Positions 29,600 through 38,126 of a stretch of 64,000 nucleotides of DNA are shown in pieces; the first letter of the stretch is position 1; each line of letters begins with the position of its first letter. A program made the translations under genes and the position numbers. This DNA is from Candidatus Nanopelagicales bacterium (GTDB taxonomy: Bacteria; Actinomycetota; Actinomycetes; S36-B12; GCA-2699445): positions 39,121 through 103,120 of the forward strand of contig JAUYJT010000061.1 of assembly GCA_030700225.1 (NCBI GenBank). The letters are read 5' to 3'. The notes under the pieces are model-generated. The model made no database searches and was not told the origin of the DNA. It was given only the letters and a program-made list of their open reading frames with translations.

Positions 29600-29688
29600 T
29601 GGCACATGTGTCGATCGGTCCGGTGTCCCTGGTTTTGTTGGGTGTGTCGACGCTGTGCTTCGTGGCCGACACCGCTGACGAGGTCTAG
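29530..29688 (+). pseudogene. lanM 5' remnant (first 23 codons conserved, then unrelated, stop after 52 codons)
   Basis: VTVDAAIGTHGWPWHERLERAGR is identical to the LanM N-terminus at 30187. Homology ends abruptly at 29599. Confidence 0.8.
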
Positions 29689-29848
29689 GGCGGGGATGTG
29701 ACCTTGATCCACACAGATGACGGGCCGCTGTATTCCCCCGCACGCTAGGGGTATCCGTCCCTCGCACGCGGGGGGACCCCCCGGGGAAGAGGGATCCATG
29801 GGCTCATCAGAGACCCTCGCGTGGCGGTTGCGTCCTTGGAGTTTTCGT

Positions 29849-30256
29849 GAGTAGCTTGAAGCTGCTAAGTGGACGTCAAGTGGAAGGGATGGGCCGATCA
29901 TGTCTCAGGAACAGATCGCAGTGCTTGTCACCAGGCTGAAGGAAGATGAGGCCTTCGCCGCGGCGCTCGCCGTCGCGACCGACGTGGCCGACGCGCAGCG
30001 AATCGCCTCGGAAGCTGGAATCGAAGTCAGCGCTGACGAGTTTCTGACGTTGATCCCTCAGGCGAGCGAGGACGTCTCAGACGCCGAACTGGAGGCTGCC
30101 TCCGGCGGACGTACTGGACCCGACACCTGCCTTCCCGGGTCGATTCTGTGCACCATCCCCGTGGTTTGCTCATATCAATATCATCCGTGACGGTTGATGC
30201 GGCCATCGGTACTCACGGCTGGCCTTGGCACGAGCGTTTGGAGCGCGCTGGGCGAT
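29849..30256. repeat. tandem segmental duplication, copy 2
   Basis: See copy 1. Contains lanA2 and the authentic lanM start. Confidence 0.9.
29900..30190 (+). CDS. class II lanthipeptide precursor with Nif11-type leader (LanA2), 96 aa
   Basis: The leader is 62/70 identical to LanA1 and ends in AASGG. Core RTGPDTCLPGSILCTIPVVCSYQYHP (5 Ser/Thr, 3 Cys). Its stop overlaps the lanM GTG (GTGA). Confidence 0.85.
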   Translation: MSQEQIAVLVTRLKEDEAFAAALAVATDVADAQRIASEAGIEVSADEFLTLIPQASEDVSDAELEAASGGRTGPDTCLPGSILCTIPVVCSYQYHP

Positions 30257-33200
30257 CCGCTGTATCGACGCAGGCGGACCCTCGCGACGATGCCGAACAA
30301 CCTGAGGTGGTCGCGCAATGGCGGGCTTCGGTCGATCCAGACAACGCCGGATTGTTCGCTAAACGACTGGCTTGGGCAGGGTTGAGCAGCCGCGATGTGG
30401 CGCCGCTGCTGGTCTTGGATGCCGCTCCTCGGGCGGACGCGACCGACTGGTGGGCCGATCTGGAAGCCATGCGCGACGCTTGCCGCCGATCGCAGCAATC
30501 AGCCGGCGGTTCGAACCGCGTCGATCCGGTGGATCCGGGCATCCCGTTCGCGGCGCTCCTGGATCCACTAGTGCGGTGGAACTGGACCAAAGCTCGCCAG
30601 CGTAGTCCTGAACTGCGCGGCCTGGCCATCGGCGCGCAGGAATCGGCCCGAAGGGCGTTGCTGCAAGGGCTGTCCTCGCTGTGCTCACAGGCGCTCGCCG
30701 CTGACTTCGAGGACACCCGACCGATGGGCGCCACACTCTTGCTCAAGCTGGGTTCGCTCCCCGTGGGCCAGGAGCATCCCACAGCCGTCTATGACGAATG
30801 GTGTCGTCGCCACCTCGCTGACGGCCTCACCCGCATGCTCGGTCGCTTTCCGGTGCTGGGTCGCCTGGTCTCGGTTTCTTGCGCTCAGTGGAGCTCGAAC
30901 TTGGTCGCCATGATGCAACGGGTGGACGGCGATCGAGAACTGCTGCAAGCGCATTTCGGCATCCCCGGGCAGGAGCCGATATCCCAAGTGAAGTGGGGGC
31001 TCAGCGATCCCCATCGACGTGGTCGAAGCGTCGCCATCGTTCACTTCGGAGTCGGTGCGCAGCGGCGAAGCATTGTGTACAAGCCCAAGGACATGCGCAT
31101 TGAGGAACGGTTCCAGCAGCTCGTCAGACAAGTCGGGAACTGGCTTGACGACCCCGACTGGAAGTCACTTGCGGTTGTGGCCCGTGGAACGGAGTACGGG
31201 TACGCGGCGCTCGCGGAGCACCGGCACTGCGCCAACGACGACGAGTTGGCGATGTTCTATCGAAACACCGGTCGGCTACTTGCCCTGCTTCACCTGCTCG
31301 GGGCAACGGACGCCCACTTCGAGAACCTGATCGCCGACGGGACCTCACTGCACTTGATCGACGCGGAGACCTTGTTCCAGGGCGGGATGGTTGATCCGAT
31401 CGAACTCAACCCGGCATCGGCAGACCCGCCAGAGAGCGTGTTGGCCGCCTCAGTCCTTCGGGTAGGGCTGCTCCCGTGCTGGCTACTCGGCGGCAGCCCA
31501 ATGCGGGCCTACGACGTCAGCGCGCTGGGCATCAAATCCGTGGAAGGTCCGATGTCAATCCTGGGCTGGGCGCACGTCAACACCGACGACATGGTCTGGG
31601 CGAGAGTCGATTACCTTCCCGACCAACCTGGATCGCTGCCTGTTCCGGCGGGCGTTTCGAACCCCTTGGCCTCACATGTGGACGATGTGACTGCGGGCTT
31701 CGAGCAGGTGTACCGACTGGCCATGGTGCCCGAGTATCGCGAGAGTCTGGTTGCCTCAGTCGCGGCGTTCACCGGGGTTACGCGCCGGATCGTGCTGCGA
31801 GCTACCCGCGTGTACGCCAAGGTGCAGGAGAGCGCCTTGAGCGCCGAGGCGCTCGCCGATGCCAACTGTCGGGCATTCGCGCTGGAGAAACTGTCGCGCA
31901 ACAGTCTGTTGACCGATTCGAAGCGCGCTCAGTGGCAGGTGTTCCTGTCGGAGCTCTTCGACATGGAGAACCTAGACATCCCGTACTTCGAGTATCCGTT
32001 GGGTTCCGATGAGGTGATCTCGTCGACTGGGGCGATTCCCGGCTTACTCGCAGGCAACGAGATCAGCGAAGCGATCGAACGCATCAACAATCTGTCGGAC
32101 ACCGATAGGGCATGGCAGGTGCGACTGATCCGCGGTTCGATTCGGGCTCGCTACCACGCCATCAATCGCGTCGAAGAGCAGCCGCCGATAGTGGATGTCA
32201 CCGCGCCGGGCGATTCGAGTGCCATGACTGTCGGTGCGGTGGCTGACGGACTTCTGACTGGTCTGGCGGAGTCAATGATCGACGACGGCGCTTCGGACCG
32301 CTCGTGGCTCACATTGTCTCTGATCCCGGGCGCGGACAAAGTCAGGCTAGGCCTGATCGGTGATGGGCTGTATGACGGCCGTGCCGGGGTGGCCGCGTTT
32401 CAATTCCTGATGGCAGATCTCGGTCGCGATGGGGCAGTTCGGGCCGATGCAGAGTCCACTGTGGCGCCGGTGCTCCGGCGGCTGGACGACCCCGATCAGT
32501 ACACGCGATTCCGTTGCCTTCGCGATTTCGGCCTCGGCTGGGCAGGTCTGGGTGGGTTGCTCCGACTGTTCGACCTGCGTATGCGCAGCAGTGCTCCGGG
32601 CGACATGTTCGGTGCCCCCGAGGCAGTGAGTCGCTTGGTCTGCCAGGTGTCCGCGGACCTGATCGGGCGGGACCTCCACCGCGACCTGCTGGCGGGCGTC
32701 GCCGGGCTGATAGGTCCGATCGCCCGGATTCATCGCCGGACCCCCACTGAGCGGACGGCCTCCATCCTGCGGGCAGCAGCGGAGCACCTGATGTCGGAGC
32801 AGAGTGGTGATGGGGGCTGGCCGGTCGCTGACGCCAGAGCACCGCTCACTGGACTCGCGCACGGCGCTAGCGGCATGGGTATGGCACTGCTGGAAGCGGG
32901 GACGGTATTGGACGACGATCGGATTGTCGAAGCTGGCACCCGGGCGTTCACCTATGAACGCAGCGTCTTCGATGTCGGCGTCGGTAACTGGCCCGATTTC
33001 CGCGAGCACCCGGGTCGGGAACCAGGCGACTCGTCTTTCATGGTGGCGTGGTGTCACGGTGCTCCGGGCATCGGGCTGGCTCGCATGCGCGCGCTGCAAC
33101 TGCTCCCCGAACATCCGCAGGCCAGTGCGTGGGACGAGGAGTTGCGCCTGGCCATGGATACGACGGTGCGCAGTCCGATCGGAATGATGGACCACCTTTG

Positions 33201-33459
33201 CTGCGGATCCATGGGACGCGCGGCCGTGCTACGGGTCGCTGGGCGTTGGGCTCGAGAGCCAGAATGGGTGGGCGCCGCAGATGAGTTGACCTTCGACGTG
33301 ATCGCACGGGCACGCGTCAGGGGCCGCTTCACGCTGCAGCTCGACGATCCACGCACGGCCGCGACAACCGCACCGGGCCTGATGACAGGGGTCGCAGGAG
33401 TGGGGGCGCACTTGGCGAGCATGATGAGTGACGGTGATCTGTCCACTCTGCTGCTTTGA
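30187..33459 (+). CDS. lanM: class II lanthipeptide synthetase LanM (ProcM-like, CCG zinc-site variant)
   Basis: About 1090 aa. Dehydratase-domain motifs IVYKPKDMRIE, GATDAHFENLIADG, LHLIDAETLF. LanC-like cyclase motifs GLAHGASGMG, WCHGAPGIGLAR, DHLCCGSMGR. Start set at GTG 30187, where homology with the duplicated stub begins. An alternative GTG is at 30148. Confidence 0.9.
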   Translation: MTVDAAIGTHGWPWHERLERAGRSAVSTQADPRDDAEQPEVVAQWRASVDPDNAGLFAKRLAWAGLSSRDVAPLLVLDAAPRADATDWWADLEAMRDACRRSQQSAGGSNRVDPVDPGIPFAALLDPLVRWNWTKARQRSPELRGLAIGAQESARRALLQGLSSLCSQALAADFEDTRPMGATLLLKLGSLPVGQEHPTAVYDEWCRRHLADGLTRMLGRFPVLGRLVSVSCAQWSSNLVAMMQRVDGDRELLQAHFGIPGQEPISQVKWGLSDPHRRGRSVAIVHFGVGAQRRSIVYKPKDMRIEERFQQLVRQVGNWLDDPDWKSLAVVARGTEYGYAALAEHRHCANDDELAMFYRNTGRLLALLHLLGATDAHFENLIADGTSLHLIDAETLFQGGMVDPIELNPASADPPESVLAASVLRVGLLPCWLLGGSPMRAYDVSALGIKSVEGPMSILGWAHVNTDDMVWARVDYLPDQPGSLPVPAGVSNPLASHVDDVTAGFEQVYRLAMVPEYRESLVASVAAFTGVTRRIVLRATRVYAKVQESALSAEALADANCRAFALEKLSRNSLLTDSKRAQWQVFLSELFDMENLDIPYFEYPLGSDEVISSTGAIPGLLAGNEISEAIERINNLSDTDRAWQVRLIRGSIRARYHAINRVEEQPPIVDVTAPGDSSAMTVGAVADGLLTGLAESMIDDGASDRSWLTLSLIPGADKVRLGLIGDGLYDGRAGVAAFQFLMADLGRDGAVRADAESTVAPVLRRLDDPDQYTRFRCLRDFGLGWAGLGGLLRLFDLRMRSSAPGDMFGAPEAVSRLVCQVSADLIGRDLHRDLLAGVAGLIGPIARIHRRTPTERTASILRAAAEHLMSEQSGDGGWPVADARAPLTGLAHGASGMGMALLEAGTVLDDDRIVEAGTRAFTYERSVFDVGVGNWPDFREHPGREPGDSSFMVAWCHGAPGIGLARMRALQLLPEHPQASAWDEELRLAMDTTVRSPIGMMDHLCCGSMGRAAVLRVAGRWAREPEWVGAADELTFDVIARARVRGRFTLQLDDPRTAATTAPGLMTGVAGVGAHLASMMSDGDLSTLLL

Positions 33460-33465
33460 CTGCTC

Positions 33466-35967
33466 CTACAGCTGTTGGCGTTCGATGAGGTCGTGGAACG
33501 GTCCGGGTCTAGCCATGAGTTCGGCGAACTTGCCTTCGGCAACGACGACTCCGTCTGTGAGCATGACCACCAGATCGGCTTGTTCGATAGTGGACAAGCG
33601 GTGTGCCACAACCACGCGGGTGATGTTCAGTCGGTCCAGGTTGGCTACGACCGCAGCCTGGCTGACGTTGTCCAGCGCAGACGTAGCCTCGTCGAGAATC
33701 AGGATCCGGGGCTTGCCCGCCAGCGCGCGCGCCAGCAGGATTCGCTGGCGCTGGCCACCTGATACCGCACCGGTGCCTTCCACTACGACGGTCGCCAGTC
33801 CCATCGGCATGGCGCGCACATCTTCAGCCACTGCCGCGTCCGCTAGGGCCTGCCAGATTTGTGCCGCCGACAAGCCCCGGCCCAGGTCGACGTTCTCTCT
33901 GATGCTGCCGGGCATGAGGGCCGAGGACTGCATCACCGATCCGATCTGGCGACGCACGGACGAGCGATCGAGAGCCGACAGGTCGCGTCCGTCGAAGGAC
34001 ACGATTCCTGACTCCGGATTCTCCAACCCCAGCACGAGGCGCAGCAGTGTGCTCTTGCCGCAACCGGACGGTCCGACGATCGCCACGTGCGCCCCTGCTG
34101 GAATGGCGAAGCTGACACCCCGCAGCACCGGCGGAGTGTCGGGCCGGTAGGAGAACACCAGGTCGCGCAGGTCGATCGAACCAGCCAGTTGCGCGACCTC
34201 CTGGCCAGTGCCGGACTCGGGCTCAGCGCGCAGCACGGACCGGGCACGCTCAAGCACGGCCCGTGCGCTCAGACCCGCGCCGACCGATGCGACCGCAGCA
34301 GCAACCGCAGATGTCGCCGCCGTCAAGGCAGTCTGGGCGGTGACCAGGCTGCCCACACTTGTCCCTGCCGCAGCCGTGACTGCGAGCAGGACAGCTAGCC
34401 CCGCCGAAGGCCACAGCGCTCCGGTCATCTGTTGGGCCACAGTGAGTCGACGCTGGCGCACTTCGGTCGCCGTTGTGCGGGTCTGGGAAGTGGCCCACAG
34501 GGCGAAGGCGCGCCCGGTCGCGCCTGACACCCGCAGGCGGCTAACCCCGGCGATCAGGCCGAGCGTGACTGACTGGCTTTCCGTGCTCGCGTCGAGGACT
34601 TCCCGGGTCAGTCGCGCCGCGCGGCGCACGAGCAGCAGCTCGACGACGGCTCGTACAACCAGGAACGCCAGCAGTGCGGTCGCCAGCGACAAACTCGTCG
34701 TTGCCACACCAAGCATGGCGCCCACCACGGCGGAGATGTCCAGCAGGGAGGTAATGACCGAGTTCGACATGCTCATCGAGGCCGTGTCAACAGCGTTGGC
34801 GTCGGTCATGCGCGAGGCAACGGTGCGCTGGTTCTGCCACGACATTGGAAGGCGTATCAACCGATCCCAAACCGCGGTCGCCGTCACGGCCACTCCGCGG
34901 CCACGAATGCGCAACATGGCGTACAACCGCACGGCCCGAAGCGCCATATCGCCAGCGGCGAAAGCCACCAGGGCAACGCCGACGACCAGGAGCGTCGACC
35001 CGGTCTGGCTAGCCACGGTCGAGGTGAGCTGTCCGGCCACAATCGGGATGACGGCGGCCAGCACTCCCACGATCGCTGTCAGCATCGCGACCAGCCACAG
35101 ACTCTTCTTGCTGCCTCGCAAACCCAGGCGCACCAGGTCGCGGATCCGAGCCGGGCGATTCGGATCCAACAGGGGCTCGAAAAGAATCGCCTCGCGCGAC
35201 CACGGCGCAGCGGTGGCCGCGTCGAGGGCGGCGTGCAGGCCTAGGGTCGGCTCCCACACGTGGTAGGCACCCCTGCGCCAGACAGCCGCACCGTAAGTCG
35301 CCCGGTGGCGGTCCTGTAGCAACAGCGGGGGCCCCTCCTGACGCCACCAACCGGGCGTCAGTCCAACCCGCCGCACGGCCGCACCGGACGCGGCGGCCAG
35401 GGATGTGATCGTGTCGCGGCCGGTGATCTCAACGTCGGCGACGGCCCGGCGAAGGAGCAAAGGATTCGGCCGCAGCCCAATCTGTCGCGCCATGAATTCC
35501 ACTACCGCGACATCGTCGGGAAGATCACCGGAGGTGAGCAAATCCGGCTTCTGGCCCGGAACCGCCGCCGCCAGGCCCAGCAGGGCATCGTCGATCAATC
35601 GCTCATCGTGGCGCGCGGACAACCGCAGCAGGTCAGCCGCCGACAGGTTTCGGTCGTTTGCCGCGCTGAGCGCCTCGCGAGCCGATCGGGCCATCGCCTG
35701 CTCGGCAGCATCGTCCGTGGCGGAGACCGGCTCGACTTGCGTGCCCGGCAACCCAACGCCAACCAGGTCAGCCCCTTCCACCTGCGCGCCAGTCAGTTGG
35801 CTAGGGGGAGTGACCTCGCACACCGGGATGCGCCGACCCGGACCGGCATCCGTGCGGGGAACAACGAACACCACAACCGTCCCCGTCACAACCCGCACTG
35901 TCGTGCCGGGGGTCAAGTGCAGGATCTCCGTGGCGTCGAGGGTGTGACGGATGTCAGCGGTGTTCAC
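33466..35967 (-). CDS. bacteriocin-export ABC transporter, permease/ATPase with N-terminal cNMP-binding-like barrel (NHLP/Nif11 system 'ABC2' type)
   Basis: 833 aa. The N-terminal ~150 aa domain has no peptidase Cys. It is followed by a 6-TM permease, then Walker A GPSGCGKST, signature LSGGQRQR and Walker B LILDEATSALD. Confidence 0.8.
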   Translation of the reverse strand: MNTADIRHTLDATEILHLTPGTTVRVVTGTVVVFVVPRTDAGPGRRIPVCEVTPPSQLTGAQVEGADLVGVGLPGTQVEPVSATDDAAEQAMARSAREALSAANDRNLSAADLLRLSARHDERLIDDALLGLAAAVPGQKPDLLTSGDLPDDVAVVEFMARQIGLRPNPLLLRRAVADVEITGRDTITSLAAASGAAVRRVGLTPGWWRQEGPPLLLQDRHRATYGAAVWRRGAYHVWEPTLGLHAALDAATAAPWSREAILFEPLLDPNRPARIRDLVRLGLRGSKKSLWLVAMLTAIVGVLAAVIPIVAGQLTSTVASQTGSTLLVVGVALVAFAAGDMALRAVRLYAMLRIRGRGVAVTATAVWDRLIRLPMSWQNQRTVASRMTDANAVDTASMSMSNSVITSLLDISAVVGAMLGVATTSLSLATALLAFLVVRAVVELLLVRRAARLTREVLDASTESQSVTLGLIAGVSRLRVSGATGRAFALWATSQTRTTATEVRQRRLTVAQQMTGALWPSAGLAVLLAVTAAAGTSVGSLVTAQTALTAATSAVAAAVASVGAGLSARAVLERARSVLRAEPESGTGQEVAQLAGSIDLRDLVFSYRPDTPPVLRGVSFAIPAGAHVAIVGPSGCGKSTLLRLVLGLENPESGIVSFDGRDLSALDRSSVRRQIGSVMQSSALMPGSIRENVDLGRGLSAAQIWQALADAAVAEDVRAMPMGLATVVVEGTGAVSGGQRQRILLARALAGKPRILILDEATSALDNVSQAAVVANLDRLNITRVVVAHRLSTIEQADLVVMLTDGVVVAEGKFAELMARPGPFHDLIERQQL

Positions 35968-38126
35968 GCCATCACCAATCGTCGGTACGGGCCGTCCACC
36001 GCGACCAGGTCGACGTGACGCCCGCGCTGCACGACTTGACCCTTGTCGAGGACGATGATCTCGTCCGCGTCGCGCACCGTGGACAGCCGATGGGCAATGA
36101 TGAGACTCGACGCGCCTCTTCGTCGGATCGCGGCGTCGATGTGCGCCTCGGTTGCCGCGTCCAACGCCGAGGTGGCTTCATCCATGATCAGCAGGGCCGG
36201 GTTGCGCACCAGAGCGCGGGCGATCTCGAGCCTTTGCCGCTGTCCACCCGACAGGTCCCCGCCGCCCTCGCGCAGTTGCGCCTCGTAGGAACCCGGGCGG
36301 CGCGCGATCTCGTCGTGTAGGGCCGCGTCCTTGACTGCCTGAACGACGGCGGCGTCATCGATGGTGGGATCCCACAGGGTGATGTTGTCGCGGAAGGTGC
36401 CAGCGAAGATCACCGGATCTTGGTCGACTATTGCCATGTCGTGATGCAGGACCTCCTCCGGCCACCACTGGCGCGGCTTGCCGTCGACCATCACCGCCCC
36501 CTCCCACGGTTGATACAGCCCGATCACCAACCGCGCCACTGTCGACTTCCCGCACCCGCTGGGTCCAACCAGCGCCACGCGAGAACCAGGGGCGATGTGT
36601 AGGTCCAAATCGGTCAACAGAGGCGGCCGATTGCGGTCGTATCCAAAGACCAAACCATCCAGCCGCAGGTCTCCCACGACAAAGGCCGGCCGGGGCTCGC
36701 CGGATGCATCGACCTGAATGTCAGGCAGTTTGGTTTGCAGAACGTCGTCGATCTGATCGAGTTCGCCGGATAGCATCTCGGCTTGCTGGAACTGCGCGAC
36801 CACCATGGCCGCGGGTGCCAGTGCCAATCCCAGCAGCGTCTGTACAGCGACGAACCCGGCCAGCGTTAGCTGCCCTTTCGTGACGCCGAGGAGTCCGACA
36901 ACCGTTACCGCCGCATCCGCAACTGTGATCAGGAAGACGGGCAGCAGATCGATGCCGACCGTGCGCTCACCCAACTGCTGCAGTGCCGCCAGAAAGCGGT
37001 TATGGGCAGCCGTCCATCGAGCGCCGAGGTGGTCTTCGGCACCGGACGCCTTGATTACCTCGAGCTGACTCAAGGAGGTAACGGCAATCGTCGCGACCTC
37101 GGTCTGTTCTCTGACCATTCTCATGGCCAGAGTGCGTCGCCTTCTGGATGCTGACGCCATCGCCAAGACGACGAATGCGACGGCGGCGACAGCAACCGCC
37201 CCCGCCGGCGGGTAGGCGAAGACCATCAGCGCCACCGCGGTCGAGCTGCTGATGACTCCAACTACCATCGTGGAGAACATGGTGGACACGGTCGCGGCCA
37301 CCCGAGCCGGTTGGAGGGCTCTTTGCGCCAAGGCGCCAGCGCCTCGCATGGCGTGGAAGTTCGCCGGGAGGAGGAACAGGCGAGCGACCAGCTTGGACTG
37401 CAGAACCACTGACAACTTCGTAGCCAAACGCATTCCGACGGCGCCCTGCAGTCCGATCAGAGCGGCCTGCATCAGGGCTGCGAAGGCTAGCGCTGCGAGC
37501 AGACTCGGCACCTGCACCACCGGGCCGCCCTGAAGCCAATCCACGAACAGCCGGGCGATCCCCGGCACCAGAATCTGGGGAATAACCAGCAGCAGCCCCA
37601 GCAGCGCGATGAGGAGAACGCCGTCGCGGGATCCTGTGAGGTAGCTGGCGAGTCTCGAAACCAGCCGTGGAGGCCGACCGCCCCTGACGAACTCGGGGCC
37701 GGGCGTCATCTCCAACACGATCCCGGTGAACGACTCGTCGAATTCCTCGTCGCTGCAGGTGCGGTGGCCGAGCGCCGGATCGTTCAGATACCAGCCATCC
37801 GGTGACCACCCTTCCACCACGAGGAAATGGTCAAAGCGCCAGAAGACTATGGCGGGAAGCGTGCGGGTCTTCAGGGTCTCGGGCTGGCTGCGGCGAGCCA
37901 TAACCTCCATCCCATACTTCTGGGCGGCGATCTTGACCGCGAGGGCGTTGCTCCCGTCTCGGGAGATACCGCACGCATCGCGCAGCTCCTCCAGCGGCAC
38001 CCACTTTCCATAGTGGGCCAAGACGATGCCGAGCGACGCCGCACCGCACTCGGTGGCCTCCATCTGCAGGCGTGCCGGCGTCTTCTCACGGTGGCGCCTT
38101 GACGCCGCAGCAGTGCTGGTACTCAC
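35964..38126 (-). CDS. bacteriocin-export ABC transporter with N-terminal C39 peptidase domain (NHLP/Nif11 system 'ABC1' type; LanT-like)
   Basis: 720 aa. C39 residues are visible (QMEATECGAASLGIV Cys; FDHFLVVEG His; LNDPA Asp). GPSGCGKST, LSGGQRQR, LIMDEATSALD. ATGA overlap with the downstream ABC gene. Confidence 0.88.
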   Translation of the reverse strand: MSTSTAAASRRHREKTPARLQMEATECGAASLGIVLAHYGKWVPLEELRDACGISRDGSNALAVKIAAQKYGMEVMARRSQPETLKTRTLPAIVFWRFDHFLVVEGWSPDGWYLNDPALGHRTCSDEEFDESFTGIVLEMTPGPEFVRGGRPPRLVSRLASYLTGSRDGVLLIALLGLLLVIPQILVPGIARLFVDWLQGGPVVQVPSLLAALAFAALMQAALIGLQGAVGMRLATKLSVVLQSKLVARLFLLPANFHAMRGAGALAQRALQPARVAATVSTMFSTMVVGVISSSTAVALMVFAYPPAGAVAVAAVAFVVLAMASASRRRRTLAMRMVREQTEVATIAVTSLSQLEVIKASGAEDHLGARWTAAHNRFLAALQQLGERTVGIDLLPVFLITVADAAVTVVGLLGVTKGQLTLAGFVAVQTLLGLALAPAAMVVAQFQQAEMLSGELDQIDDVLQTKLPDIQVDASGEPRPAFVVGDLRLDGLVFGYDRNRPPLLTDLDLHIAPGSRVALVGPSGCGKSTVARLVIGLYQPWEGAVMVDGKPRQWWPEEVLHHDMAIVDQDPVIFAGTFRDNITLWDPTIDDAAVVQAVKDAALHDEIARRPGSYEAQLREGGGDLSGGQRQRLEIARALVRNPALLIMDEATSALDAATEAHIDAAIRRRGASSLIIAHRLSTVRDADEIIVLDKGQVVQRGRHVDLVAVDGPYRRLVMA

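Noticed and set aside
29383-29688. A 101-aa ORF that might be a third precursor or an accessory peptide.
   Set aside because: It is a chimera of an alternative frame of the lanA1 3' end plus the lanM 5' stub. It has no leader-like sequence and no independent support.
29730-29785. CRISPR-repeat-like string GTATTCCCCCGCACGCTAGGGGTATCCGT followed by CCCTCGCACGCGGGGGGACCCC, in the unique spacer between the two lanA copies. It is reminiscent of actinobacterial type I-E repeats (GTATTCCCCGC....GCGGGG...).
   Set aside because: There is only one degenerate occurrence. There is no regular repeat-spacer periodicity and no cas genes in the window. The resemblance rests on memory of a repeat consensus. 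It could be a relic or chance G/C-rich palindromes. Worth a CRISPRCasFinder/BLASTN check, but not callable.
29193-30190. Interpretation of LanA1/LanA2 as the alpha/beta pair of a two-component lantibiotic.
   Set aside because: Not supported by what I can see. There is only one intact LanM, the leaders are nearly identical, and the cores share the same Ser/Thr-Cys spacing instead of the distinct alpha (mersacidin-like) and beta (elongated) patterns. It is kept only as an alternative explanation for the lanM stub.
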